Shown: one piece after another, positions 1-7,974 of the stretch
Numbering within the stretch: position 1 is the stretch's first letter
Layout: each line of letters starts with the position of its first letter
Source: a virus
Virus record (IMG/VR): IMGVR_UViG_3300016484_000154
Coordinates: 1-28,534 of that record
Strand: one strand, 5' to 3'
Length of the DNA: 28,534 nt
Position numbers and translations under genes: made by a program
The notes under the pieces: generated by a model
Databases searched by the model: none
What the model saw: the letters and a program-made list of their open reading frames with translations, nothing else
Told to the model about the DNA's origin: nothing

Positions 1-103
1 TAGCAATGATTGCGGTTATATTTCTTATCTGCTTTGGGGCGGTAAAGCCGCATTAACTTGGTCGGAATCTAAATTAAAACAAATCGAAAATGGCAAAGGT
101 TAA
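1..103 (+). CDS. 3' fragment of the XkdF-like protease gene (duplicate of 28284-28386)
   Basis: Same sequence and frame as the end of ORF 27466-28386. The stop TAA at 101-103 corresponds to 28384-28386. Confidence 0.7.
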   Translation, partial: SNDCGYISYLLWGGKAALTWSESKLKQIENGKG

Positions 104-230
104 AACATCAACAATTTCGTTCGTTAGAAAGCCAAGAAAAAAACGCAAAGGTGTACACGCTAAAACGAAATGTTCGCAAATAAAAGGTTCTAAAAATTAC
201 GTTAAATTATATAAAAGTCAAGGAAAATGA
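90..230 (+). CDS. Small highly basic protein (46 aa), possible DNA-binding or internal virion protein
   Basis: Below the ORF-track cutoff. Hand translation: MAKVKTSTISFVRKPRKKRKGVHAKTKCSQIKGSKNYVKLYKSQGK, with 16 K/R and no D/E. The ATG overlaps the end of the protease gene, and the TGA at 228-230 overlaps the next ATG (ATGA). It fills an otherwise 340-nt gap in a tightly packed genome. Confidence 0.45.
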   Translation: MAKVKTSTISFVRKPRKKRKGVHAKTKCSQIKGSKNYVKLYKSQGK

Positions 231-376
231 GTAAAGTAAAAGAACAGACGAAAAGTTCACCGCAAGGAGGTAAGCGGGGTTGCCTATGTAAAGACGGAAA
301 ATATAGCGTTAAATGCTGCGATGGAACGTTACCAGCGCAAGGTATTGGTAACATAGGAGGAAAGGTAACGCCTTAA
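227..376 (+). CDS. Small Cys-rich protein (49 aa)
   Basis: Below the ORF-track cutoff. Hand translation: MSKVKEQTKSSPQGGKRGCLCKDGKYSVKCCDGTLPAQGIGNIGGKVTP, with four Cys arranged CxC...CC. ATGA-coupled to the preceding micro-ORF. Confidence 0.4.
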   Translation: MSKVKEQTKSSPQGGKRGCLCKDGKYSVKCCDGTLPAQGIGNIGGKVTP

Positions 377-442
377 TTTACAATAAGTTATAAATAAAAA
401 GGTGTACAATAGTTAATTAATTGAGTTTTAAATAAAAAAGTT

Positions 443-1051
443 ATGGAAGAAAAAACAATTTTAGGACGGCTTCAAGCCTTGTTAGGTTTAAACAAGGTTG
501 AATTAGCACAAATGAAACTTATGGATGGCGTTACCATAATCGAAAGTGAAAATTTCGAAATTGGTTCGGAGGTATTTATAGTTACTGAGGACGAACAAAG
601 AATTCCTTTACCAGTTGGCGAATACTCTTTAGAAGACGATAAAATTTTAATCGTAGTTCAAGAGGGAATTATCGGAGAAATGAAAGAAAAAGAAGAGGAA
701 AAAGAAATGCCCGAAGAAATGCCGTCCGAAGAAATGCCACAAACAGAAGAGGCGGAATTAACGGAGGCTGAAACACAAGTTTTAAACCCTAAAAAAGTTA
801 TTAAAAGTACAATCGAGGAAACGTTGTTTTCCAAAATTGAGGAGTTAAAAAAGGAAAACGAGGCGTTAAAGTTGCAACTTTCCACAATGAGCGCACAAGA
901 GGAAGCGCCAGTAATGGAAATGGAAAATGAACCCGCAACAAAACCAATTTCCTATAACCCCGAAAAACCGCAAGCGCAACCACAATTTACTTGGGGACAA
1001 AGTGCGGGTATGTCGACGTTCGACAAAATAATTAGTAAACTTAATAAATAA
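443..1051 (+). CDS. Putative scaffolding protein
   Basis: A 202-aa acidic protein with Glu/Lys-rich helical stretches and an EEMP x3 repeat (nt 704-738). It lies between the protease-like gene and the major capsid gene, the canonical scaffold position. The capsid protein has no obvious delta domain. Confidence 0.5.
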   Translation: MEEKTILGRLQALLGLNKVELAQMKLMDGVTIIESENFEIGSEVFIVTEDEQRIPLPVGEYSLEDDKILIVVQEGIIGEMKEKEEEKEMPEEMPSEEMPQTEEAELTEAETQVLNPKKVIKSTIEETLFSKIEELKKENEALKLQLSTMSAQEEAPVMEMENEPATKPISYNPEKPQAQPQFTWGQSAGMSTFDKIISKLNK

Positions 1052-1059
1052 AATAAAAA

Positions 1060-2025
1060 ATGGCTACTTCAATTACAACAACTTATGCTGGTGAGTTTGC
1101 GGGCAAATACGTTGCCGCGGCTCTTTTATCCGCTCCTACCATTGAAAAAGGTGGAGTTACCGTATTACCTAACGTACGTTATAAGCAACTTTTGCAAAAG
1201 GTTGCCGATACTAACTTGGTACGAAATGCAACGTGTTCATTCACCGATGCATCAACAATTACTTTAACCGAGCGTTTTATCACAACGAAAGACCTACAAG
1301 TAAATTTGGAATTGTGCAAATCTGACTATTTCCAAACGTGGCAAGCCGCTGAATTAGGGTTTTCTAACTTTAAAGAATTGCCAAAATCATTTGCTGATTT
1401 TATGATTGCTCGTGTTGGTGAGCGTGTTGCTGCTAATATTGAAACTGCATTTTGGCAAGGTGCAACCGCTACTCAAGGTTCATTTGATGGTATCTCAACT
1501 ATCGTTGCCCTTGACCCATTGTTGCCAGCAGCGCAAGAGGTAACTGGTACAACTGTAACCGCTCTTAACGTAGTTACCGAATTGGGTAAAATCGTTGACG
1601 CAGTACCAGCCGCTCTTTACGGAAATCCTAATTTGAGAATTTACGTATCTACTAACATTGCTAAGGCTTATGTACGTGCATTGGGTGGTTTTTCTACCGT
1701 AAGCGGTTTAACTGGAAACGTTGCTCCAGCACCCGGAGTTGGTGGAATGTCCACAACTTGGTACAACCAAGGCGCATTATCTTTTGATGGAATCGAAATA
1801 TTTTGGGCGCCCGGATTAGCTAACAACACCGCTATTTGTACAACCGTAGATAACCTATTCTTTGGTACATCTGTTCTAAGCGATTTGAACGAGGTTAAAG
1901 TAATTGATATGGCGGATATCGATGGCTCACAAAATGTGAGAATGATTATGCGTTTCGTTGGTGGTGCGCAATATGGCGCAGTTGAAAACGTTGTTACTTA
2001 CGGAATCGTTAACGCGGTTAACTAA
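1060..2025 (+). CDS. Major capsid protein (HK97-fold-like)
   Basis: 321 aa. The sequence style is typical of HK97-like capsid proteins (for example ANIETAFWQGATATQGSFDGIST). It follows the scaffold gene and is followed by a strong intrinsic terminator. Confidence 0.8.
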   Translation: MATSITTTYAGEFAGKYVAAALLSAPTIEKGGVTVLPNVRYKQLLQKVADTNLVRNATCSFTDASTITLTERFITTKDLQVNLELCKSDYFQTWQAAELGFSNFKELPKSFADFMIARVGERVAANIETAFWQGATATQGSFDGISTIVALDPLLPAAQEVTGTTVTALNVVTELGKIVDAVPAALYGNPNLRIYVSTNIAKAYVRALGGFSTVSGLTGNVAPAPGVGGMSTTWYNQGALSFDGIEIFWAPGLANNTAICTTVDNLFFGTSVLSDLNEVKVIDMADIDGSQNVRMIMRFVGGAQYGAVENVVTYGIVNAVN

Positions 2026-2037
2026 TTTATAAACTTA

Positions 2038-2058
2038 GGGGGGGCAACCCCCCTTTTT
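2038..2058 (+). terminator. Rho-independent terminator after the capsid gene
   Basis: GGGGGG-GCAA-CCCCCC followed by TTTTT: a 6-bp G:C stem with a GNRA-type tetraloop and a T tract. Confidence 0.85.
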
Positions 2059-2072
2059 AAAACTTTTTACAA

Positions 2073-2867
2073 ATGGCTTGTTTAGTTTCAAACGGACGAT
2101 TAGAACAATGCAAGGATTCGATTTCGGGAATCCAAGCGGTGTACCTAATCAATTTTGGCGATTTCGATCCGGATCCAACAACGGGAGGTGGTGACGTAGG
2201 TTATAACGAAACTACGATTTCACTTACCACGGGAGGAACGGGTTATACTACTGGTACTGCGGTGGCAACAACTGGAGGTTCGGGTACGGGTTTCACCGTA
2301 AACATTACCGCTGCTGCTGGTGTTATTACTGCGATTACCGTAAACAACGATGGCAGTAACTACGTTGCGGGCGATGTTTTAACCGTAACGGGTGGTACGG
2401 GCGGTACATTTACAATTACGAATTATGGTACTGTAGGTTACGAAGATATGATTACTTCAATCGGAGGTTCAATCAACAACATTTATAAGTACGAATTAAA
2501 AGGTAATAACGGGTTTATTCAAACTATGAATACATCGAGAGAGAATGGAACAACTTTCTTTACTCAAACGATTACCGTAGAATTGAAAAGACAAGATCCA
2601 GTTTTCCACAAGCAATTTAAAATCTTGGCTTACGGACGTCCGCACGTTGTTGTACGTACAAACGGAAACCAATTCTTTTTAGCTGGTTTATTCCGTGGAT
2701 GCGATGCAACCGCTGGAAGCGTTGAAAGCGGGGTACAGTATGGTGATTTTAATGGTTATAAAATTACTTTTGAGGCGATGGAAGAAAAACCCGCAAACTT
2801 CCTTGATTGTTCAACCGAACAACAATTGCTTACTTTGTTAGGTGCGCCAACATTGGTTACTACTTAA
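2073..2867 (+). CDS. Abundant virion structural protein (major tail tube or decoration candidate) with an inserted Gly/Thr-rich module
   Basis: 264 aa, bracketed by two intrinsic terminators, which suggests a highly expressed unit. The C-terminal half (GDFNGYKITFEAMEEKPA) resembles major tail proteins by eye. Residues about 50-118 form a Gly/Thr-rich module also present in ORF 5157-5897. Confidence 0.35.
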   Translation: MACLVSNGRLEQCKDSISGIQAVYLINFGDFDPDPTTGGGDVGYNETTISLTTGGTGYTTGTAVATTGGSGTGFTVNITAAAGVITAITVNNDGSNYVAGDVLTVTGGTGGTFTITNYGTVGYEDMITSIGGSINNIYKYELKGNNGFIQTMNTSRENGTTFFTQTITVELKRQDPVFHKQFKILAYGRPHVVVRTNGNQFFLAGLFRGCDATAGSVESGVQYGDFNGYKITFEAMEEKPANFLDCSTEQQLLTLLGAPTLVTT

Positions 2868-2891
2868 TAGTTAATCTAACGATTAAAAGAA

Positions 2892-2914
2892 GGGGGTTAA
2901 TAGCCCCCTTTTTT
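2892..2914 (+). terminator. Rho-independent terminator
   Basis: GGGGG-TTAATAG-CCCCC followed by TTTTTT. Confidence 0.8.
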
Positions 2915-2952
2915 ATTTAGAAACAAAAAGTAATTTTTTAAGTTATTATGTT

Positions 2953-3288
2953 ATGATAGTAGTAACGGACGATACGGTAAATGACCAATTTATTTATTTT
3001 ATTCCTCGCGTTCAAGGCGTTGACCAAATGTATTTAACGGATGAATCAACTAACGTTACGGTAAACGTTCCAATTACCAATTATACAATGGGTTCATATG
3101 CCGACGAAATCGAAGCGGTTTTCCCTTGCAAACAAAACCATTTTTACCGATTGGTTTTAACGGATGTAAGCAACAACGAAATATATCGAGACCGCATTTT
3201 TTGCACAAACCAAACACCAAGTAATTATACGCCTAACCAAAACACGTATGTTTCCGTTAGTTCGAATAACGAATTTTTAATGTTCTAA
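2953..3288 (+). CDS. Hypothetical protein in the head module
   Basis: 111-aa ORF in the structural block. No motif recognised. Confidence 0.5.
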   Translation: MIVVTDDTVNDQFIYFIPRVQGVDQMYLTDESTNVTVNVPITNYTMGSYADEIEAVFPCKQNHFYRLVLTDVSNNEIYRDRIFCTNQTPSNYTPNQNTYVSVSSNNEFLMF

Positions 3289-3297
3289 TATTCTAAT

Positions 3298-5157
3298 ATG
3301 AATAATATACACATCGTAAATTTAGCCGCATACGAAGCGCCAGTTATCAAAGAAAGTAAACGAGATAATTGGGTGGAGTACGGCGAAAACAATTTACATT
3401 TTAATTTTTTGCTGGATAGATATATAAATAGCACAACCAATAACGCCGTTATTAACAACATAGCGAGGTTGGTTTACGGCAAAGGTTTAAAAGCATTGGA
3501 CGCATCCAAGAAACCAAACGAATACGCGCAAATGGTAGCGTTATTCGATAAAGAATGCGTACGTAAAATGGCTTTGGATTTTAAAATGTTAGGGCAATTT
3601 GCGATCCAAGTTGTATATACGAAAGACCACAAGAAAATCGCAAAGGCTTACCACGTTCCGGTACATTTATTACGAGCGGAAAAATGTAACGAAGACGGCG
3701 AAATAATGGGTTACTACTATTCGGATAATTGGGCGGAATATAAGAAATATACACCCGTAAGATATAGCGCGTTTGGCACATCAAAAGACGAATTGGAAAT
3801 AATGTTTGTTAAACCTTATTCCGTTGGAATGAAATATTATTCTTATCCCGACTACCAAGGTGCAATTCCCTATGCCGTATTGGAGGAGGAGACATCGGAT
3901 TATATGATAAACCTTGTTAAATCGTCCTTTTCGCCGAAAAGCATAATTAATTTTAACAATGGCGTTCCTTCCGAGGAAATGCAAATGCAAGTTAAAAGTG
4001 ATATTATGAATAAACTTACGGGGGTTAATGGCGATAAAGTGGTGGTAAGTTTTAATAATTCTAAAGAAAGCGCCGCCACAATTGAGAATATGCCGATTGA
4101 CCAAGCGCCCGAATTGTATAAATATTTATCCGAGGAATGCGTACGTAAAATTTTAATTGGACACAACGTAACTTCGCCGTTACTTTTCGGTATTGCAACA
4201 ACTACGGGTTTTGGAAGTAACGCCGATGAACTAAAAAATTCGGCAATTTTGTTTAATAATATGGTAATCGTTCCGTTGCAAGAAATGATGTTAGACGCGT
4301 TCGATAAAATTTTAGCATATAACGGAATTAGTTTAAAACTATATTTTGAAACGTTAAACCCTCTCGATGCTGGTGGCGAAATTACAACAACCGACGAAGC
4401 AACCAAAGTTACCGACGCAATTAATATGATGAGTCCATTGGTAGCTAACAAAGTTTTGGAATCAATGACATCGGACGAAATACGCGCATTGGTTGGATTA
4501 AAACCCGCACCCATTCAATTGAAAAAAGAGGATGTAAGCGACGAAACATTGCAAGGTATTTACGATAATTTAGGAGGCGAGGAAATCGATAACGATGTAT
4601 GGGAATTAATCGAGGAACGAGAATTTTCCGATTCTAACGATTCAGCTGATGAATGGGCATATAGATTGTTAGCGCCTAAAAAAACGTTAATGCAAAAGTT
4701 AAGCGGGGTAATTAAAAGCAATCCAAACGGATTTAGCTACCTTGACAAATCAATTTATAAAGTTCGTTACCGTTATTCGGAGCGATATAGTAAAGATAAT
4801 TCGCGAGATTTTTGCGTTCAAATGATGCGACGAACTAACAACGGAGTTGTATATAGAATCGAAGACATCGACGCGGCGAGTAACTTAGGAATCAACGAGG
4901 AACACGGACACAAGGGCAAACCTTACGATTTATTCCGCTTTAAAGGTGGTGTTAATTGTGGGCATTTTTGGACGGAACAATTATACCAAAGAAAGAAAAA
5001 CCTCGACGGGACATTAAAGGAAGACAAAGCATTATCGAGTAACGAACAAGTTGCAACAATACCAAAAACATATCAACCAAACCCTCGCGGTTCGGGCGAT
5101 GCAAATACGCCTCCGATTGATATGCCAAATAACGGACATCACCCAAATTATAAATAA
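3298..5157 (+). CDS. Portal protein with a C-terminal MuF-like (head morphogenesis) domain
   Basis: 619 aa, the largest head-module protein. The N-terminal two thirds are portal-like by eye (INSTTNNAVINNIARLVYGKGL). The C-terminal part (SRDFCVQMM...VYRIEDID...KGGVNCGHFW) follows the topology of SPP1 gp7 / Mu F domains. Confidence 0.6.
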   Translation: MNNIHIVNLAAYEAPVIKESKRDNWVEYGENNLHFNFLLDRYINSTTNNAVINNIARLVYGKGLKALDASKKPNEYAQMVALFDKECVRKMALDFKMLGQFAIQVVYTKDHKKIAKAYHVPVHLLRAEKCNEDGEIMGYYYSDNWAEYKKYTPVRYSAFGTSKDELEIMFVKPYSVGMKYYSYPDYQGAIPYAVLEEETSDYMINLVKSSFSPKSIINFNNGVPSEEMQMQVKSDIMNKLTGVNGDKVVVSFNNSKESAATIENMPIDQAPELYKYLSEECVRKILIGHNVTSPLLFGIATTTGFGSNADELKNSAILFNNMVIVPLQEMMLDAFDKILAYNGISLKLYFETLNPLDAGGEITTTDEATKVTDAINMMSPLVANKVLESMTSDEIRALVGLKPAPIQLKKEDVSDETLQGIYDNLGGEEIDNDVWELIEEREFSDSNDSADEWAYRLLAPKKTLMQKLSGVIKSNPNGFSYLDKSIYKVRYRYSERYSKDNSRDFCVQMMRRTNNGVVYRIEDIDAASNLGINEEHGHKGKPYDLFRFKGGVNCGHFWTEQLYQRKKNLDGTLKEDKALSSNEQVATIPKTYQPNPRGSGDANTPPIDMPNNGHHPNYK

Positions 5158-5897
5158 TGGAAGCATTACTAATTACAAGGCAAGATTTAGTAAAATACAC
5201 CGCAGTTAACGGAGCAGTTGATACTGATTCTTTTATACAATGGATAAAGGTTGCACAAGATATTCATATCCAAAATTATTTAGGCACGGATTTATTTAAT
5301 AAACTAAAAGCGGATGTATTATTTACAATCAGCAATACGGGAATACCAACAACGACAAGTTTAACCGCTGGCGGTACGGGTTACACAAACTTAACTGGAA
5401 TCGCTTGTTCGGGCGGTACGGGTTCGGGGTTTGGCGTTGATATTACAACGGCGGGTAACGCGGTTGTTTCTTACGTTGTATCCACGGCTGGTACTGGTTA
5501 CACGGTAGGCGATGTTTTAACTATCCAGGCGGGAAACACCAATGCAACGATAACGGTGGATGCTATCGATGAAATACAACAACCATATTTAAACCTACTT
5601 ACAACGTATGTAAAGCCGTGTTTAATTCATTGGGCAATGGTTGAATACTTGCCGTTCAGCGCCTTTACTATAGCGAACAAAGGAGTGTTTAAACACGGAA
5701 GCGAAAACGCTACAAACGTAGAAAAAAGCGAATTAGAAATGCTAATTGAAAAGCAAAGACAAATAGCGCAAAACTATACGCAAAGATTAATTGACCATTT
5801 GGTATTTAATGCGGGAATTTACCCCGAATATAACACGAATAGCAACGGCGATATTTTTCCAGATTCAAACAATTATAATATAGGATGGGTACTGTAA
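5157..5897 (+). CDS. Head-tail connector/adaptor-like protein carrying the Gly/Thr-rich module
   Basis: The N-terminus (LITRQDLVKYTAV...DSFIQWIKVAQDIHIQNYLG) resembles gp6-like head-tail connector proteins. The gene sits directly after the portal with a TAATG overlap. Residues about 68-136 match the module in ORF 2073-2867. Confidence 0.4.
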   Translation: MEALLITRQDLVKYTAVNGAVDTDSFIQWIKVAQDIHIQNYLGTDLFNKLKADVLFTISNTGIPTTTSLTAGGTGYTNLTGIACSGGTGSGFGVDITTAGNAVVSYVVSTAGTGYTVGDVLTIQAGNTNATITVDAIDEIQQPYLNLLTTYVKPCLIHWAMVEYLPFSAFTIANKGVFKHGSENATNVEKSELEMLIEKQRQIAQNYTQRLIDHLVFNAGIYPEYNTNSNGDIFPDSNNYNIGWVL

Positions 5898-5952
5898 GAA
5901 AACCGAACAAAGAAAACATAAAAAAGTTATTAGTTTACTTAAATAAAACAAA

Positions 5953-6378
5953 ATGCCAAACGAAATAAGTTGGGGTAAACCCTACGATGAAATAAGCGGT
6001 TACGGAATGGCGGCGGTTAATGGCGCATTGGATGGTTACGGAACAATAGTTATTAATTCTTATTCGGGGGAAACGGATATAAGTTCCATAGACGAAGACA
6101 ATAGAACAACCAGTTCAATAATAATAGGCGATCCAAACTTATATTTAGACGGCGGAATAATTTATTTATTCTTTGAGTTTGCGGAGGGCGTTACGTTTCA
6201 ATCTATTTCGTTAGACCTTTATTTAAACGATGAATTTTTGGTCAACAAAGGATTAACCAGCGATGGAATTAGTTTAATTGATGCAACACCAGTAGCGGGT
6301 ACGTATTTCGCTTATTTAACTATTAACATCGACACGGAAACAAGTTACACGTTTGTTTCAAATACCATTGTTGTGTAA
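5953..6378 (+). CDS. Hypothetical structural protein
   Basis: 141-aa ORF between the connector-like and fibre genes. TAATG overlap with the next gene. Confidence 0.5.
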   Translation: MPNEISWGKPYDEISGYGMAAVNGALDGYGTIVINSYSGETDISSIDEDNRTTSSIIIGDPNLYLDGGIIYLFFEFAEGVTFQSISLDLYLNDEFLVNKGLTSDGISLIDATPVAGTYFAYLTINIDTETSYTFVSNTIVV

Positions 6379-7172
6379 TGAGTAATAATATTAAACCGAG
6401 CAAATATCCAGTTAATCCGGATGAACAAGCGGAATTATTAGACCAAGCCGTTAACGCTGGAAGATCGGGTAAACAAGACGCATTGGTTAGCGGTACAAAT
6501 ATTAAAACGGTTAATGGAAATTCTTTACTTGGAAGTGGCGATATAGTTGTTTCGGGTAATGCAAGTTGGGGTAATATAAGTGGAACGATTAGTTCGCAAG
6601 TTGATTTACAAAATTCTTTAAATGGAAAACAAGGGGTTTTAACGAGCGGTTCAAATATCAAAACAATCAACGGAAATTCATTACTTGGAAGCGGTAATTT
6701 AGCTATTCAAATGAATCCGCGAACCATTTCAAGCGTGAACGGAAACCCAATTACGGGTACAAGCATACAAATAAGCGCCTCCGTTTTGATTCCAGCGGGT
6801 ACGTTGGTAGCGAATAATACTCTCTATATTAAAGCATTTATAAATAAAACGGCGGGGTCGGGGGTTACAACGCCACGTTACTACGTTAACACGTCAAATA
6901 CTTTAACGGGCGCAACCTATTTAGGCGCTGGTGGTGGAATGTCAACAAGCGTTTATTTTCAAAGGTTTGAAAGAAATATTTTCTTTGACGGAACAAACTT
7001 AAATTCATTTTTGGCGGGTACAAGTGCGGCAAATGATTACTCGTTAAGCGGTATTACTTTAACGGCATTCAACCCATTGGTTGACAATTATTTGATTTTT
7101 GCAATCAGCAACGGAACAACAACACCCGACAATGGAAATTTTAAACGCGTAATTGTGCAAGTATATGATTAA
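6378..7172 (+). CDS. Tail fibre / receptor-binding protein candidate
   Basis: Two copies of the fibre-type repeat SG(T/S)NIKT(V/I)NGNSLLGSG, 52 aa apart (nt 6471-6551 and 6627-6707). The C-terminus is beta-rich. Confidence 0.55.
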   Translation: MSNNIKPSKYPVNPDEQAELLDQAVNAGRSGKQDALVSGTNIKTVNGNSLLGSGDIVVSGNASWGNISGTISSQVDLQNSLNGKQGVLTSGSNIKTINGNSLLGSGNLAIQMNPRTISSVNGNPITGTSIQISASVLIPAGTLVANNTLYIKAFINKTAGSGVTTPRYYVNTSNTLTGATYLGAGGGMSTSVYFQRFERNIFFDGTNLNSFLAGTSAANDYSLSGITLTAFNPLVDNYLIFAISNGTTTPDNGNFKRVIVQVYD

Positions 7173-7365
7173 TATAACAACGATAAAAGGCGGTTTCAAA
7201 TTAAATGAAATCGATTATATATTAGAAGGTGAAGCGGAAATAATAAGCCAAACACAAGCGCACGTAATAACCGATAAAGGCATTATATTAATCGACGTTA
7301 CGGTAAACGTTGATGGGCAACAACTTACCACAATACAAGATTTATTAAGTTATTTATACAAATGA
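7165..7365 (+). CDS. Hypothetical protein (66 aa from the ATG)
   Basis: The ORF track starts at a TTG at 7153. The ATG at 7165 gives an ATGATTAA-type overlap with the upstream stop and is the more plausible start. Confidence 0.45.
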   Translation: MINITTIKGGFKLNEIDYILEGEAEIISQTQAHVITDKGIILIDVTVNVDGQQLTTIQDLLSYLYK

Positions 7366-7550
7366 ACATTAAAGGAGTTGCGGGAATGTATTTTATTTTG
7401 GCTTACGCTGGGTGTTTTATTGCTTTGCTCGAAGGCGAACAAATATACATCCGTGTTTTAGCTGGCGCATACGCTTGTTTACTCACATACCAATTATTAC
7501 AATCTTATGAAAGCCACCGCGACGATTTTACTAACGACGATACAAACTAA
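7362..7550 (+). CDS. Small two-TMD membrane protein (holin or antiholin-like)
   Basis: 62 aa with two hydrophobic segments and a charged C-terminus (SHRDDFTNDDTN). ATGA overlap upstream. It overlaps the start of the holin gene. Confidence 0.45.
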   Translation: MNIKGVAGMYFILAYAGCFIALLEGEQIYIRVLAGAYACLLTYQLLQSYESHRDDFTNDDTN

Positions 7551-7974
7551 ATGGATTTCCCTTTTGGGAATTGTTTTAACTTTTTTTATGCCTATTACCG
7601 GAATGGTTTTAGCGGTTGGTTTTGCTATCTTTTTAGACACGGTAACGGGTATTTGGAAAAGCCGTAAAAACGGAGTTCCTATCCGTTCACGTAGGTTAAG
7701 CGCGGTAATATCTAAAATGTTTTTATACCAATTAACAATAATTCTTTTTTTTCTTATTGATTGGTTTATTCTAAATGACATTTTAAAATCTATCTTTACA
7801 ACTGAATTACTATTAACCAAGGTACTTTCGTTGGTACTTATTTCAATCGAGGTTGTAAGCATTAACGAAAATTACAAAGCCGTTAGAGGCATTGACCTTT
7901 GGGCAAGTTTGAAAAAATTATTAAGTCGAGCAAAAGAATTAAAAAATGATACCGACGAAATTAGATACCAGTAA
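7507..7974 (+). CDS. Holin (Phage_holin_4_1 / TcdE-like pattern)
   Basis: Multi-TMD 155-aa protein with FLDTVTG and IEVVSINEN motifs, characteristic of this holin family. Immediately upstream of the endolysin. Confidence 0.65.
   Translation: MKATATILLTTIQTKWISLLGIVLTFFMPITGMVLAVGFAIFLDTVTGIWKSRKNGVPIRSRRLSAVISKMFLYQLTIILFFLIDWFILNDILKSIFTTELLLTKVLSLVLISIEVVSINENYKAVRGIDLWASLKKLLSRAKELKNDTDEIRYQ

Larger units (their letters stand above)
1..251. repeat. Terminal direct repeat, left copy; identical to 28284-28534
   Basis: Compared base by base by eye: 1-251 equals 28284-28534. The repeat begins inside a coding region, so it looks like closure of a circular or circularly permuted genome rather than a physical end. 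Confidence 0.95.

Noticed and set aside
385-444. A recurrent AAGTTAT / ATAAAAAAGTTAT motif in late-region spacers (385-391, 432-444, 2940-2946, 5918-5930) as a possible late promoter element.
   Set aside because: The distance to the start codon varies from 0 to 23 nt, and one copy includes the ATG itself. The upstream partner element (GAACAAAG / GAAACAAAAAG) appears in only two spacers with different spacing. The sequence is A/T-rich enough that it may just reflect A-rich translation-initiation regions. Worth retesting once transcription starts are mapped.
704-738. Three GAAGAAATGCC-type units, and the AATGTAAATG-type repeats at 11871-11897.
   Set aside because: These are short in-frame coding repeats (EEMP x3 and NVNDNVNVNV) forming low-complexity linkers. 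They are not CRISPR-like or regulatory arrays.
3900-4514. A 204-aa ORF on the minus strand inside the portal gene, together with other minus-strand ORFs such as 26874-27353, 13043-13429 and 15503-15922.
   Set aside because: All lie antisense to well-supported + strand genes. Their translations are Ser/Leu/Phe/Ile-rich and low in information, as is typical of antisense frames. None has its own spacer, promoter box or terminator. The whole genome is otherwise unidirectional.
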